From positions 1-53,387 of IMG/VR virus record IMGVR_UViG_3300044971_002285: a stretch of DNA of 53,387 nucleotides. One strand, 5' to 3'. This document shows, in pieces, positions 7,594 through 16,488 of this stretch; positions within the stretch are counted from its first letter, which is position 1, and each line of letters opens with the position of its first letter. The translations under genes and the position numbers were made by a program. The DNA is from a virus. Taxonomy: Duplodnaviria; Caudoviricetes. Below the pieces are notes generated by a model that saw nothing but the letters and a program-made list of their open reading frames with translations, searched no databases and had not been told where the DNA came from.

Positions 7594-7812
7594 ATGAAGA
7601 CCAGTAGGTATTACGCAGGAAACGCCGAGGCACGAGCTAAAAAGGCTGAGTACGATACCGAATACCACTCCACACGACAGCGAAAGAAGTACCGCGCCTT
7701 CCTAAATAAGAAGAACCGCAACGCTGGCACCTATGGCAACGGCGACGGTAAAGACTACGACCACGACGAGCAACGTATGATGCCCGCATCACGCAACAGA
7801 GCAAAAAAATGA
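7594..7812 (+). CDS. Small basic protein with HNH-like remnant (GDGKDYDH..NRA)
   Basis: ORF with promoter box; motif recognition. Confidence 0.7.
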   Translation: MKTSRYYAGNAEARAKKAEYDTEYHSTRQRKKYRAFLNKKNRNAGTYGNGDGKDYDHDEQRMMPASRNRAKK

Positions 7813-7913
7813 CCGGAGTAGAGTTTGAAGACTGGCTAGAGGAGCTAGAGGAAGCCAAGCAGCCTAGCTGCAATATAGACAACCCCGAAGACTGCGAAGC
7901 TTGTGGCAGCTAA
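7809..7913 (+). CDS. 34-aa acidic peptide ending CNIDNPEDCEACGS (RNR alpha C-terminal tail-like)
   Basis: Own translation MTGVEFEDWLEELEEAKQPSCNIDNPEDCEACGS; ATGA coupling to upstream gene. Confidence 0.75.
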   Translation: MTGVEFEDWLEELEEAKQPSCNIDNPEDCEACGS

Positions 7914-7929
7914 TACTAAATTAGGCGAG

Positions 7930-8511
7930 ATGTATCGCTCGGTCTGTGCATACCCGGGCCGCCCAGGATTCTACACCTCCGACAAAGGTGCTGACCACGA
8001 CTATATCGACGCATATTACGCAACAGAATTTGAAGGAAAGCGAGAGAGCGTCTCAAACGTACTCGAGCTAGGCGTGCAGTGGGGCGGAAGCCTTATGCTG
8101 TGGAGCTCGTGGTTCACCAACGCTAAGGTCGTCGGCCTTGACATCTATGAAGCAGTGCCTCAGCACTACGACGAGATGCGCGGAGACCGTGAGTTCCCCA
8201 ACGTAGAGATACGCATACAAGATGGATACGCCAATCCGGTAATAGCAGAGCATCAAGACAACTTCTATGACTATATCATAGACGACGGCCCGCACAGCCT
8301 TGAGAGCATGATACTTGCTGTTGAGAAGTGGCTTCCTAAGATTAAGCCCGGAGGAAAGCTAATAATAGAAGACGTCCAGAACTACGATTGGTTTGAAAAG
8401 CTTGAAAGGAAAGTCAACCAAGAATTGGCTACGGAGTTCCGCAGATTTGACTTCCGCAAGAACAAGAACCGTTCCGACGATATGATTTTTGAGGTTACCA
8501 GAAGCAAGTAG
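7930..8511 (+). CDS. Class I SAM-dependent O-methyltransferase (Methyltransf_24-like)
   Basis: SDKG..HDY, VLELGVQWGGSL, GLDI, DYIIDDGPH, LIIEDV; ATG 7930 preferred over GTG 7903. Confidence 0.85.
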   Translation: MYRSVCAYPGRPGFYTSDKGADHDYIDAYYATEFEGKRESVSNVLELGVQWGGSLMLWSSWFTNAKVVGLDIYEAVPQHYDEMRGDREFPNVEIRIQDGYANPVIAEHQDNFYDYIIDDGPHSLESMILAVEKWLPKIKPGGKLIIEDVQNYDWFEKLERKVNQELATEFRRFDFRKNKNRSDDMIFEVTRSK

Positions 8512-8976
8512 CTACTCTAGGCCTTCGGTGGTGTGGGTAATCTTAAAAGACTCCTCACCATAAATCTTCCGGTACATGCGCGACACTAAAAGTCGCGCTT
8601 TCTGGGTGATGGCATACCGCACGCGGTAGTTGTACTTGGTCTCCTCCCTGAAAAACATATCCTCCTCCTTATTTGAGGGGGTAAGCTTCTCGAAGTGGTT
8701 GTAGATATACCCTTTTGCCTTTAGGGTATGCATATATCTCTTTATAATCTGTTTCTTGCTGCGCATCATAGCCTCCGCCAAATGGTCGATAGTCCAGAAC
8801 TCAAGGTCATAGGTAAACAGCAGTATATCCAACTCCGTGGGGTTGAGGTCGTGATTCTCTTTTGCATCACGATACATAAACGTAATGTACTTCAGGTCGT
8901 TTCTTAAAATAAACTTTGGGTCAATTTTGGAGAATTCCCTGAACAGCTTCTTTCGGCTAACCCTACTTTTAGGCAT
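8512..8976 (-). CDS. Putative winged-helix (MarR-like) DNA-binding regulator
   Basis: LNPTELDILLF..HTLKAKGYI..YAITQKA pattern; lone antisense gene with own -7 box. Confidence 0.6.
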   Translation of the reverse strand: MPKSRVSRKKLFREFSKIDPKFILRNDLKYITFMYRDAKENHDLNPTELDILLFTYDLEFWTIDHLAEAMMRSKKQIIKRYMHTLKAKGYIYNHFEKLTPSNKEEDMFFREETKYNYRVRYAITQKARLLVSRMYRKIYGEESFKITHTTEGLE

Positions 8977-8981
8977 ATCAG

Positions 8982-9000
8982 TATCTTTGTTTCAAAAGTA
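8982..9000. promoter_or_regulatory. Face-to-face -7 boxes: TATCTTTG (+, 8982-8989) and TACTTTTG (-, 9000-8993)
   Basis: Both match TAnnTTTG within a 29-bp intergenic gap between divergent genes. Confidence 0.65.
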
Positions 9001-9005
9001 CTCAA

Positions 9006-9965
9006 ATGGCGACTCTTAGCGGAACAAAAATTAAAGATACCTTCTCACTTCTTTTGAAGATGGCCTCATCTGCGGCATCATCATCGGAACAGGTGGTTCA
9101 GGATGGCGCAGGCAACAACACGGCGTTAAAGTTGTCTACCGACACGGTGGAATCTACAGGCGATTTTAAGTGCACAGGCACCGTCAGCACCTCTACAACC
9201 GATGTGTCAGCGCTTATGCTGAGCTCAACGGGGGTGTTCGTGCAGCGTAACCTAAGCACCAACCCCATTGGTACCACATCGGTAACAGCAAACTCCCCAG
9301 TCGGAGCGACAGGTAGCACTATAGGGCTACTGGCAGCTAGCTCCCTTTCCCAGCTTACCGAAACGACCGCGGCAACGACCGATAAGTTCCTCATCTACGA
9401 CCAGTCTGCCAGCGCCTACAAGTACATCACCCTGATAGACCTTTCTGACTTTGTGGTGAACACAGGGGCTACGGTAGTTCCTAACTTATTCTTGGCAAGA
9501 CCAGAGGCTACATCTTCAATAGGAACCGCAAATACCTTTGTCGGGTTTGCTGAGACTAACGGTCAACTTTCTACAGGCGCGACAGACGCCGCAACGTCTT
9601 GTGTGGCATTTGGCGGCGCATCAGCTAGTGTCACTACCGTTGACGCAGTGGGCATTCGAGACAATCTTCGCTTGAGCATCGCGTCTATGTATGAGATTAA
9701 GGCTTCCGTAGAATACATTGTGGCAGCGGGAACTCCGACAATTACAACTCAAATATTCTTAAATGACGGGGCAAGTTCTGCGGTCCTCATGGCTGACAAG
9801 CTAGTAGTAGGAGCCACTGGTACTTATACCGTCAATCTCACTCACTACCTATACGTCGCTACTGCGCCAAAAGATATCGGGTTAAGGGTTTCCTCTACGA
9901 CTGCCGCGACACTGACAAAACAGACTAGTTTTACTGTAACCAACCTAGGAAACGCAGTAACGTAA
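9006..9965 (+). CDS. Putative virion structural / fibre protein (Thr/Ser/Ala-rich)
   Basis: Composition; MATLSGTKIKDT N-terminus typical of fibre proteins. Confidence 0.65.
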   Translation: MATLSGTKIKDTFSLLLKMASSAASSSEQVVQDGAGNNTALKLSTDTVESTGDFKCTGTVSTSTTDVSALMLSSTGVFVQRNLSTNPIGTTSVTANSPVGATGSTIGLLAASSLSQLTETTAATTDKFLIYDQSASAYKYITLIDLSDFVVNTGATVVPNLFLARPEATSSIGTANTFVGFAETNGQLSTGATDAATSCVAFGGASASVTTVDAVGIRDNLRLSIASMYEIKASVEYIVAAGTPTITTQIFLNDGASSAVLMADKLVVGATGTYTVNLTHYLYVATAPKDIGLRVSSTTAATLTKQTSFTVTNLGNAVT

Positions 9966-9969
9966 GTCG

Positions 9970-10269
9970 ATGAACATAGAAAAGCGCGTAGAGGTCTTTA
10001 TCCACATAAGGGAGAAGATTGACGAAATCTTTGATATAATCAAGGCCAACAAGCTAGAGCAAGATTTTATGGCCACCTACTGCTTTGGCCTAGTCTGTGA
10101 TGAAGACCAAGACTCCGAATCAGCAAAATATGAGTTTATAGCGGGGCACAGCGTAGAAGAATCTGAAGAGTTAAATATGATGTTTAACGTAGTAGCGCAT
10201 AACTTTGTCTCACAGGCTGGCGACGACGAACTGCCGACAGACTCAATTGAATACTGGCTAAAAAAATAA
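9970..10269 (+). CDS. Acidic hypothetical protein
   Basis: ORF in operon. Confidence 0.75.
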   Translation: MNIEKRVEVFIHIREKIDEIFDIIKANKLEQDFMATYCFGLVCDEDQDSESAKYEFIAGHSVEESEELNMMFNVVAHNFVSQAGDDELPTDSIEYWLKK

Positions 10270-10279
10270 TGGAAATTAA

Positions 10280-10516
10280 ATGGAACTTATTAGAAAAATT
10301 ATCGTTGGGCAAAACCCCAAGGATGCCATGGCGTACTTCGTCGGGCAAAAAACAGGAGACGCGGTAGTTGACTCAATCGTTCAAGATGAGCGGGCGCTTT
10401 CAATAAATGGAATTCGCAGATATCTTATCTATATTTACACCAAGGATAAGGGCATCATGCTATGGAAGACCATTGACGAAATGCCTTGTTTAATTGAACA
10501 TGATTGTGATTTTTGA
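10280..10516 (+). CDS. Conserved phage hypothetical protein (78 aa)
   Basis: IRKIIVG..KDAMAYFVGQ..LWK..MP..IE pattern; in operon. Confidence 0.75.
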   Translation: MELIRKIIVGQNPKDAMAYFVGQKTGDAVVDSIVQDERALSINGIRRYLIYIYTKDKGIMLWKTIDEMPCLIEHDCDF

Positions 10517-11160
10517 TGAAGCCAATTAGATTTTTTATAGTCAAAGTACCAAAGGCGACAAAAGATACCATCGAGATAGCAGGTCAAGAGATGTACCTGG
10601 ACAGTAGGTTTGACGAGTTCGCACACCGAGCCCACGAAGGCGAGGTGATGGGAGTCCCCGAGCTGTATAAAACGGGAGTAAGTGTGGGAGACACCCTGTA
10701 TTTTCACCATCACGTGGTGATAGGCGGCAACCACATGGTTTACGGCAACCAACAGCTAAAAGATGCCAAGCTACGCCGCGGGCAGTTTATATACGAAAAC
10801 GAAGACCTGTACTACGTGCGGTGGGACGGCGGATATGACCCCCATAGCTGTCAGGCCTATGCCTACAAGTGCAAGAAGACGCAAGAGATACGCCTGCTTG
10901 GAGAATGGATATTCCTGACACCAGCACCGCAGGAGGACGAGCTACAAAGCGACGTCCTCGAAATAATACAGGAGAAGAAGACCTACAACCAGTACGGATA
11001 CATCAAGTACCCGTCAGCCAAGCTTGAGGAGCTTGGCCTGCACCCCGGAGACAAGGTGTTCATACAAAAGAACGCCGACTACTCCATGGAGGTAGACGGA
11101 GAGCTGCTATACCGAGTTTTACTAGTACACATATATGCACAAGTCCAAGAACAGCTTTGA
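10516..11160 (+). CDS. GroES-like co-chaperonin (apparently two tandem GroES-like units)
   Basis: MKP..FIVK..GEVMGVP..VSVGDTLYFHH and a second G.HPGDKVF..YSMEVDGELLYRV unit. Confidence 0.6.
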   Translation: MKPIRFFIVKVPKATKDTIEIAGQEMYLDSRFDEFAHRAHEGEVMGVPELYKTGVSVGDTLYFHHHVVIGGNHMVYGNQQLKDAKLRRGQFIYENEDLYYVRWDGGYDPHSCQAYAYKCKKTQEIRLLGEWIFLTPAPQEDELQSDVLEIIQEKKTYNQYGYIKYPSAKLEELGLHPGDKVFIQKNADYSMEVDGELLYRVLLVHIYAQVQEQL

Positions 11161-11431
11161 CAACATCGGCACCGCCAATAGGCTTATCGCCGCAATGGAG
11201 ATAGCCATCGAGAATATGATTCAGGAGATTCAGAAGCCGGTGGACCAAGAGCTATCCGGCTCACAGAGGAAGGCAGAGCTGCAGTCGATAAAGCAAACGG
11301 CGATAGACGCCAAAGAGCTTATTATAGAAAGAGAGAAGCTTCAGACCATCATAAATCAACTTCACGAACATGGGGAAATCACAGAACAAAAAGACTACTC
11401 CGGAGGGTTCGCAGAGCAATACTCTCGGTGA
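11135..11431 (+). CDS. Helical protein, possible terminase small subunit
   Basis: Immediately upstream of TerL; coiled-coil; ends GFAEQYSR. Confidence 0.5.
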   Translation: MHKSKNSFDNIGTANRLIAAMEIAIENMIQEIQKPVDQELSGSQRKAELQSIKQTAIDAKELIIEREKLQTIINQLHEHGEITEQKDYSGGFAEQYSR

Positions 11432-11483
11432 AAACTGGGTGTTCGTATACGTCACCAATCGCCCCGCCGAAAAGCCATAGACA

Positions 11484-13586
11484 ATGGCTGGACTGGTAAC
11501 GCATGCTGACTTCAATGGGTTTGTAGTCAATATATGCCACGATAGCACTAGCGGTGATATCGAGGTTATTGGCGATTTACCCATACAGCTGCCGGTAAGG
11601 CCCATCAAGAAAAAAATCCTATTCTACGACAAACCCCATAGCGAACAGTTCTGGACAAGGCAGGAGATGCCCGAAGAGCTGCAGCGCATAAAGGGGATGG
11701 ACGAGTGGATGGCGATACCCGAGGAGTTTCGAAAGAGGTACACCGCATATATCTCGCAGGAGTTTGAGCGCCGCCGCAAAGGGCTGTGGTTCTATAACAA
11801 CGGTGTGCCCACATACATCACCGGTAACCACTACTTCTTCCTGCAGTGGTCTAAGATTGACATCGGGTATCCTAAGTTCCTGGAGTTCCAAAGGCTTCTG
11901 TTTACTCACTTAGAGGCCTGTAGTGTCGACAGCCGATGCCTAGGGCAGGTGTATGTAAAATGCCGCCGCTCGGGATACACGCAGATGACGTCTTCGGTGC
12001 TGGTAAACGAGGGGTCGCAGGTGAAGGAGAAGCTGTTGGGCATTATGTCCAAGACAGGGGGCGACGCGCAGGAGAACATCTTTATGAAGAAGGTGATGCC
12101 GATATACAAGTCTCTGCCGTTCTTCTTCAAGCCCATCCAGGATGGAACGACAAACCCTAGGATGGAACTCGCCTTCCGAGAGCCCTCCAAGCGCATCACC
12201 AAGAAGGTGAAGACCGCCACCCGTGGCGATGCACTCAACACGGTCATCAACTGGAAGAACACCACCAACAACGCCTATGACGGGGAGAAGCTGCACATCC
12301 TCTACATGGACGAAGCGGGCAAGTGGGAAAAGCCTACCGATATAAGGGAGTCGTGGCGCATCCACCGCACCTGCCTTCTCGTGGGTAGGAACATCGTAGG
12401 CAAGGCTATCGTGGGAAGCACCGTCAACCCCCTCGACAAAGGGGGTCGGCAGTTCCGAGACCTTGTGATTAACAGCGACACCACCATAAGAAACGAAAAC
12501 GGCAGGACAAAGAGCGGACTCTATAAGCTGTTCATTCCGGCCTACGAGGCACTAGAAGGCTTCTTCGATGTGCACGGACAGGCGGTGATAGATGACCCGG
12601 AATCTACGATGGAGGGCATCGACGGTAACGATATTGTCATCGGCGCCAAGACATTTCTGAAAAACGAGAGGAAGGCGCTAGTGGACGACAGCTACGAACT
12701 CAACGAGGTGATACGCCAGTTTCCCTTTAGCGAAGCGGAAGCCTTTAGGGACAGCGCTAAGTCATCGGTCTTTAACGTGCAAAAGATTTACGAGCAGGTG
12801 CAGTACAACCAAGAGCTGTACCCCAATCCTGTGCTACAGGGTAATTTCGTATGGAAAGACGGCCAGCAAGACACTGAGGTGTATTTTAAGCCCGACGCCA
12901 ACGGCAGGTGGCGTGTCGCCTGGATGCCTCCCTTTGAGCTTCGTAACAAATCGGGGCCACAGAACAATTGGCTTGGTGTAGGAGGAGTAGACTCCTATGA
13001 CATCGACGCCACGGTGGATGGCCGCGGCTCTAAAGGCGCGTGCCATCTATACAACAAGTTCAACCTGCTGCATCCCGCGAATATGTTCGTCGCAGAGTAC
13101 GCCTCTCGTCCGCCGCTGGCTAAAATATTCTACGAGGATATTCTGATGGCCGCCAAGTTCTACGGCTATAGCATCCTTATCGAGAACAACAAGTATGGCA
13201 TCGCTAGGTACTTCGAGCAGCGCGGATACGACAACTATCTGCTAAACCGCCCTGAGCACCTAGGCTCCGGATACGGCAGCAGCACTAAGACAAAAGGCAT
13301 CCCCTCTAACTCACAGGACATCATACAGGCTCACGCCCAGGCGATTGAGGCATACATCCACTTCCACGTGGGCAGGAACGAGGAGACTGGAGAGTTTGGA
13401 AAGATGTACTTTGAAAGGACCCTTGAGGATTGGATTGGCTTTAAGGTAGACGACCGAACTGCATTTGACTTATCAATATCTAGCGGTCTTGCGCTTTTAG
13501 CAGCGCAAGGCACCACGATAAAAAAGGAGAAAACAGACTTTAACGTCAAGAAATTCTTTAGGCCCGGTCGGGTCATCTTACGCTAA
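11484..13586 (+). CDS. terL: Terminase large subunit
   Basis: KCRRSGYT Walker A variant, LYMDEAGKW Walker B, VGST, GGVDSYD nuclease motif, FDLSISSGLA. Confidence 0.92.
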   Translation: MAGLVTHADFNGFVVNICHDSTSGDIEVIGDLPIQLPVRPIKKKILFYDKPHSEQFWTRQEMPEELQRIKGMDEWMAIPEEFRKRYTAYISQEFERRRKGLWFYNNGVPTYITGNHYFFLQWSKIDIGYPKFLEFQRLLFTHLEACSVDSRCLGQVYVKCRRSGYTQMTSSVLVNEGSQVKEKLLGIMSKTGGDAQENIFMKKVMPIYKSLPFFFKPIQDGTTNPRMELAFREPSKRITKKVKTATRGDALNTVINWKNTTNNAYDGEKLHILYMDEAGKWEKPTDIRESWRIHRTCLLVGRNIVGKAIVGSTVNPLDKGGRQFRDLVINSDTTIRNENGRTKSGLYKLFIPAYEALEGFFDVHGQAVIDDPESTMEGIDGNDIVIGAKTFLKNERKALVDDSYELNEVIRQFPFSEAEAFRDSAKSSVFNVQKIYEQVQYNQELYPNPVLQGNFVWKDGQQDTEVYFKPDANGRWRVAWMPPFELRNKSGPQNNWLGVGGVDSYDIDATVDGRGSKGACHLYNKFNLLHPANMFVAEYASRPPLAKIFYEDILMAAKFYGYSILIENNKYGIARYFEQRGYDNYLLNRPEHLGSGYGSSTKTKGIPSNSQDIIQAHAQAIEAYIHFHVGRNEETGEFGKMYFERTLEDWIGFKVDDRTAFDLSISSGLALLAAQGTTIKKEKTDFNVKKFFRPGRVILR

Positions 13587-13596
13587 ATCATATAAG

Positions 13597-13604
13597 TATA
13601 TTTG
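13597..13604 (+). promoter_or_regulatory. -7 box TATATTTG
   Basis: TAnnTTTG upstream of portal. Confidence 0.65.
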
Positions 13605-13625
13605 CATATTAGCCCGTAGTGGATT

Positions 13626-16076
13626 ATGCAGAGAGATTATACATCAAAAGGCCAGTCTTCATACCCAGACCCGTTAGCGAGTACTGAGGAAAAGATGAAG
13701 CAATCCTATGGCCTTCAGTACGCTAAGGCCATGTACGCCCAGTGGATTGGTGTCGATTACGACAACTCACTCTACGGACGTAGGTTTAAGGAGATGCAGA
13801 ACAACCGAGATTATGCTCAGGGAACGCAGAACACATCAATATACCGACAGATACTTAGCTCCCTAGATGCTAACAACGGCGACGGGGCGATGCTGACATT
13901 GGACTACACCCCCGTGCCTATCATCCCGAAGTTCGTAAGGATTATCGTAAACAAAATCCTATCGCGTAAGCCATACCCACAGGTGCAGGCCATAGACCCC
14001 CTGTCAAGAAGCGAGAAGGACAAAAAGAAAAACGCCGCCGTCCTGCGCGTCGAGAACAAGGCGATGCTTCAAGAGGCTAAGTCTTTGGGGCTGTCGCTGC
14101 GTGTAGACCCAGACTCTTTACCAGACACCCCCGAGGAGACAGAAATTTTCTTGGACACCAACGTAAAGACAGACGCCGAGATTGCCGCACAGCTAGCAAC
14201 AGAGATGACGCTCACGTGGAATGACTTCGACGACGCCATCTACCGCCGCTGTATCGAGGACCTGGTGACCTGCGGTATCGCCATCATCAAAAGAACCAAC
14301 GACCCCAACTACGGAATCAAAGAGCAGTATGTGGACCCTGCGTACTTCATCCACAACTACACCGACGACCCCACCCTGTCGGACCTCACATACGCTGGGC
14401 ACTTCCGCACCGTTACCATCATGGAGCTGAAGAGGCTTGCGGGAAACCAGTTTACCGAGGAGCAATATCAGAAGATTGCCTCCACGGTAATGAACAAGTA
14501 CGGAAACGACCCGCTTCGATACACCACCCAAGGTGCTGACTACGACTCGCAGGGAAGCCGTTACCGTTATGGCTACGACGACTACAAGGTGCAGATTATG
14601 GACTTTGAGTTTATGTCTGTCGACGACATAATTTTTGAGAAGAAGACCTCCAAGTTCGGCAACATCGGGTTCTACCACAAAGGCAACAGCTACAACGCAC
14701 CCCAGCAGTCTGTATTCGACCGCGAGGCGGTGTATATGAAGAACGCAACGGTATACGGAGGGATTCTTATTGTAGGAACAGATATGCTGTTCAACTATGG
14801 GGTGCAGAAAAACATTCCCAAGAACGCCCACGATATCGCCCGCGCACGCCTCTCATATTCTGCCTCAGCAACGAACCTGCGTGGTATGATTCCAAAGTCG
14901 ATGGTCTCTAGCGTCATCGGATTCGGAGACATGCTGCAAATCACACACCTAAAGATTCAGCAGTCTATCGCTAAGGCAAAGCCGGATGGATTGATTATCG
15001 ACATCGAGGGACTTGAGAACGTACAGCTAGGCCGTGGCGGTGAGCTACAGCCACTAGAGATTCAAGATATCTACGAACAGACGGGTGTATTCTACTACCG
15101 CTCTAAGAATCCAGAAGGTGGGTTTCAGAACCCACCGATTAGAGAGATTGGAAACTCTATCCGTAACATCCAGGAACTAGTTTCACTTTACAACCACTAT
15201 CTGCGTATGATTCGTGATGCCACGGGCATCAACGAAGTGGTAGACGCGAGCACCCCAAAGGGCGATGCGTTGGTAGGAGTAAGAGAGCAGGCTATCGCCG
15301 CCTCTAACAACGCCACCTACGACATCACACATGCCGCTAAGGTGCTATATAAGAAGGTTTGTGACGATATAGTACGCTGCCTACAGGTGATACCGCCAAA
15401 GAGCGTTATATACAAGGTTTACACCAACGCCATCGGCGAGACCAATATGGCTGTTCTAAGTTCCTTTGATAACCTGTCGATGTACAACTTCGGCGTTATC
15501 GTAATGGGGGAGATGGACGACCGCGCCAAGATATACCTAGAGCAGAACATCAACATGGCGCTATCTCAAAAAGAGATTGACCTGGAGGATGCCATCGCAA
15601 TCCGACAGCTAAAAGACCCCGAGCAGGCCGAGAGATTGCTTGTGGTGCGCCGCAAAAAGCGTATGAAGTTAAGGATGGAAGAGGCATCGCAGCAGGCGCA
15701 GCTTACGGCACAGGCTAATGGCCAAGCGGCTCAAGTTGCCGCGCAGGCTAATATGCAGGCCGAGCAGTTAAAGGCTCAGCTAGAGGCGCAACGCATCCAG
15801 CTAGAGACTCAGGCAAAAGCCCAGCTTATGGAGCTTCAGCACTCTTACGATATGGAGCTGCAGGCGCTTAAAAATCAAGCTGTTATGGGTGTTGAGTCCA
15901 CACGCACCCAACTTCAGGAGGCCAATGAGGAGATGAAGGAAAACAGGAAGGACGCTAGGATAGGTAAGCAAGCCCAGGCTCAGTCTAAACTCATCGCCCA
16001 GCGTAAAGGAGAGCGTGCTGAACTGGGCGCCGAAGACCTGCGCGATGCAGAAGATATCGCCGAACTTATGCTGTAA
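13626..16076 (+). CDS. Portal protein
   Basis: 816 aa after TerL; PVPIIPKFV, TGINE..D motifs; Gln/Ala coiled-coil C-terminal barrel. Confidence 0.88.
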   Translation: MQRDYTSKGQSSYPDPLASTEEKMKQSYGLQYAKAMYAQWIGVDYDNSLYGRRFKEMQNNRDYAQGTQNTSIYRQILSSLDANNGDGAMLTLDYTPVPIIPKFVRIIVNKILSRKPYPQVQAIDPLSRSEKDKKKNAAVLRVENKAMLQEAKSLGLSLRVDPDSLPDTPEETEIFLDTNVKTDAEIAAQLATEMTLTWNDFDDAIYRRCIEDLVTCGIAIIKRTNDPNYGIKEQYVDPAYFIHNYTDDPTLSDLTYAGHFRTVTIMELKRLAGNQFTEEQYQKIASTVMNKYGNDPLRYTTQGADYDSQGSRYRYGYDDYKVQIMDFEFMSVDDIIFEKKTSKFGNIGFYHKGNSYNAPQQSVFDREAVYMKNATVYGGILIVGTDMLFNYGVQKNIPKNAHDIARARLSYSASATNLRGMIPKSMVSSVIGFGDMLQITHLKIQQSIAKAKPDGLIIDIEGLENVQLGRGGELQPLEIQDIYEQTGVFYYRSKNPEGGFQNPPIREIGNSIRNIQELVSLYNHYLRMIRDATGINEVVDASTPKGDALVGVREQAIAASNNATYDITHAAKVLYKKVCDDIVRCLQVIPPKSVIYKVYTNAIGETNMAVLSSFDNLSMYNFGVIVMGEMDDRAKIYLEQNINMALSQKEIDLEDAIAIRQLKDPEQAERLLVVRRKKRMKLRMEEASQQAQLTAQANGQAAQVAAQANMQAEQLKAQLEAQRIQLETQAKAQLMELQHSYDMELQALKNQAVMGVESTRTQLQEANEEMKENRKDARIGKQAQAQSKLIAQRKGERAELGAEDLRDAEDIAELML

Positions 16077-16085
16077 TTAAAGAAG

Positions 16086-16093
16086 TAAATTTG
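16086..16093 (+). promoter_or_regulatory. -7 box TAAATTTG, 4 nt before ATG
   Basis: TAnnTTTG match. Confidence 0.65.
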
Positions 16094-16097
16094 TAGT

Positions 16098-16487
16098 ATG
16101 TCATCTAGTTCTAATAATTGTAATGTCGTCGCAAACGTAAGCATAGCAACCAGGGTTGATATCGTATGTTGGCGAGGTGACACGTTTGTGCTTACCTCTA
16201 CCATTGCTGATGTAGATGGTAACGCTGTTGACCTAAGTGTTTACACTTGGAAAATGGAGGTACGAGAATATGATAATGGACCACTAGTTATTCTTAGCAC
16301 AAACATTACAATTACCGCAACAAACCTCGGTGTTCTTACTGTTACCATTAGTGCCGCAAACATGCTCGTAAACGCAGGAACCTATGTTTACGAAATTCAG
16401 GCTACAAACCCAACCCCTAACCCAGATACCGTGACTACATACTTGTATGGTCAATTCACTGTAACTCAAGATATTACTGCAAACTAA
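16098..16487 (+). CDS. Ig-like/BppU-N-like virion adaptor protein, candidate anchor for the collagen fibre
   Basis: [24 protein letters not shown] pattern; directly precedes the collagen. Confidence 0.65.
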   Translation: MSSSSNNCNVVANVSIATRVDIVCWRGDTFVLTSTIADVDGNAVDLSVYTWKMEVREYDNGPLVILSTNITITATNLGVLTVTISAANMLVNAGTYVYEIQATNPTPNPDTVTTYLYGQFTVTQDITAN

Positions 16488-16488
16488 A

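Noticed and set aside
9999-10007. Perfect DnaA box TTATCCACA
   Set aside because: Single copy inside a CDS, no cluster
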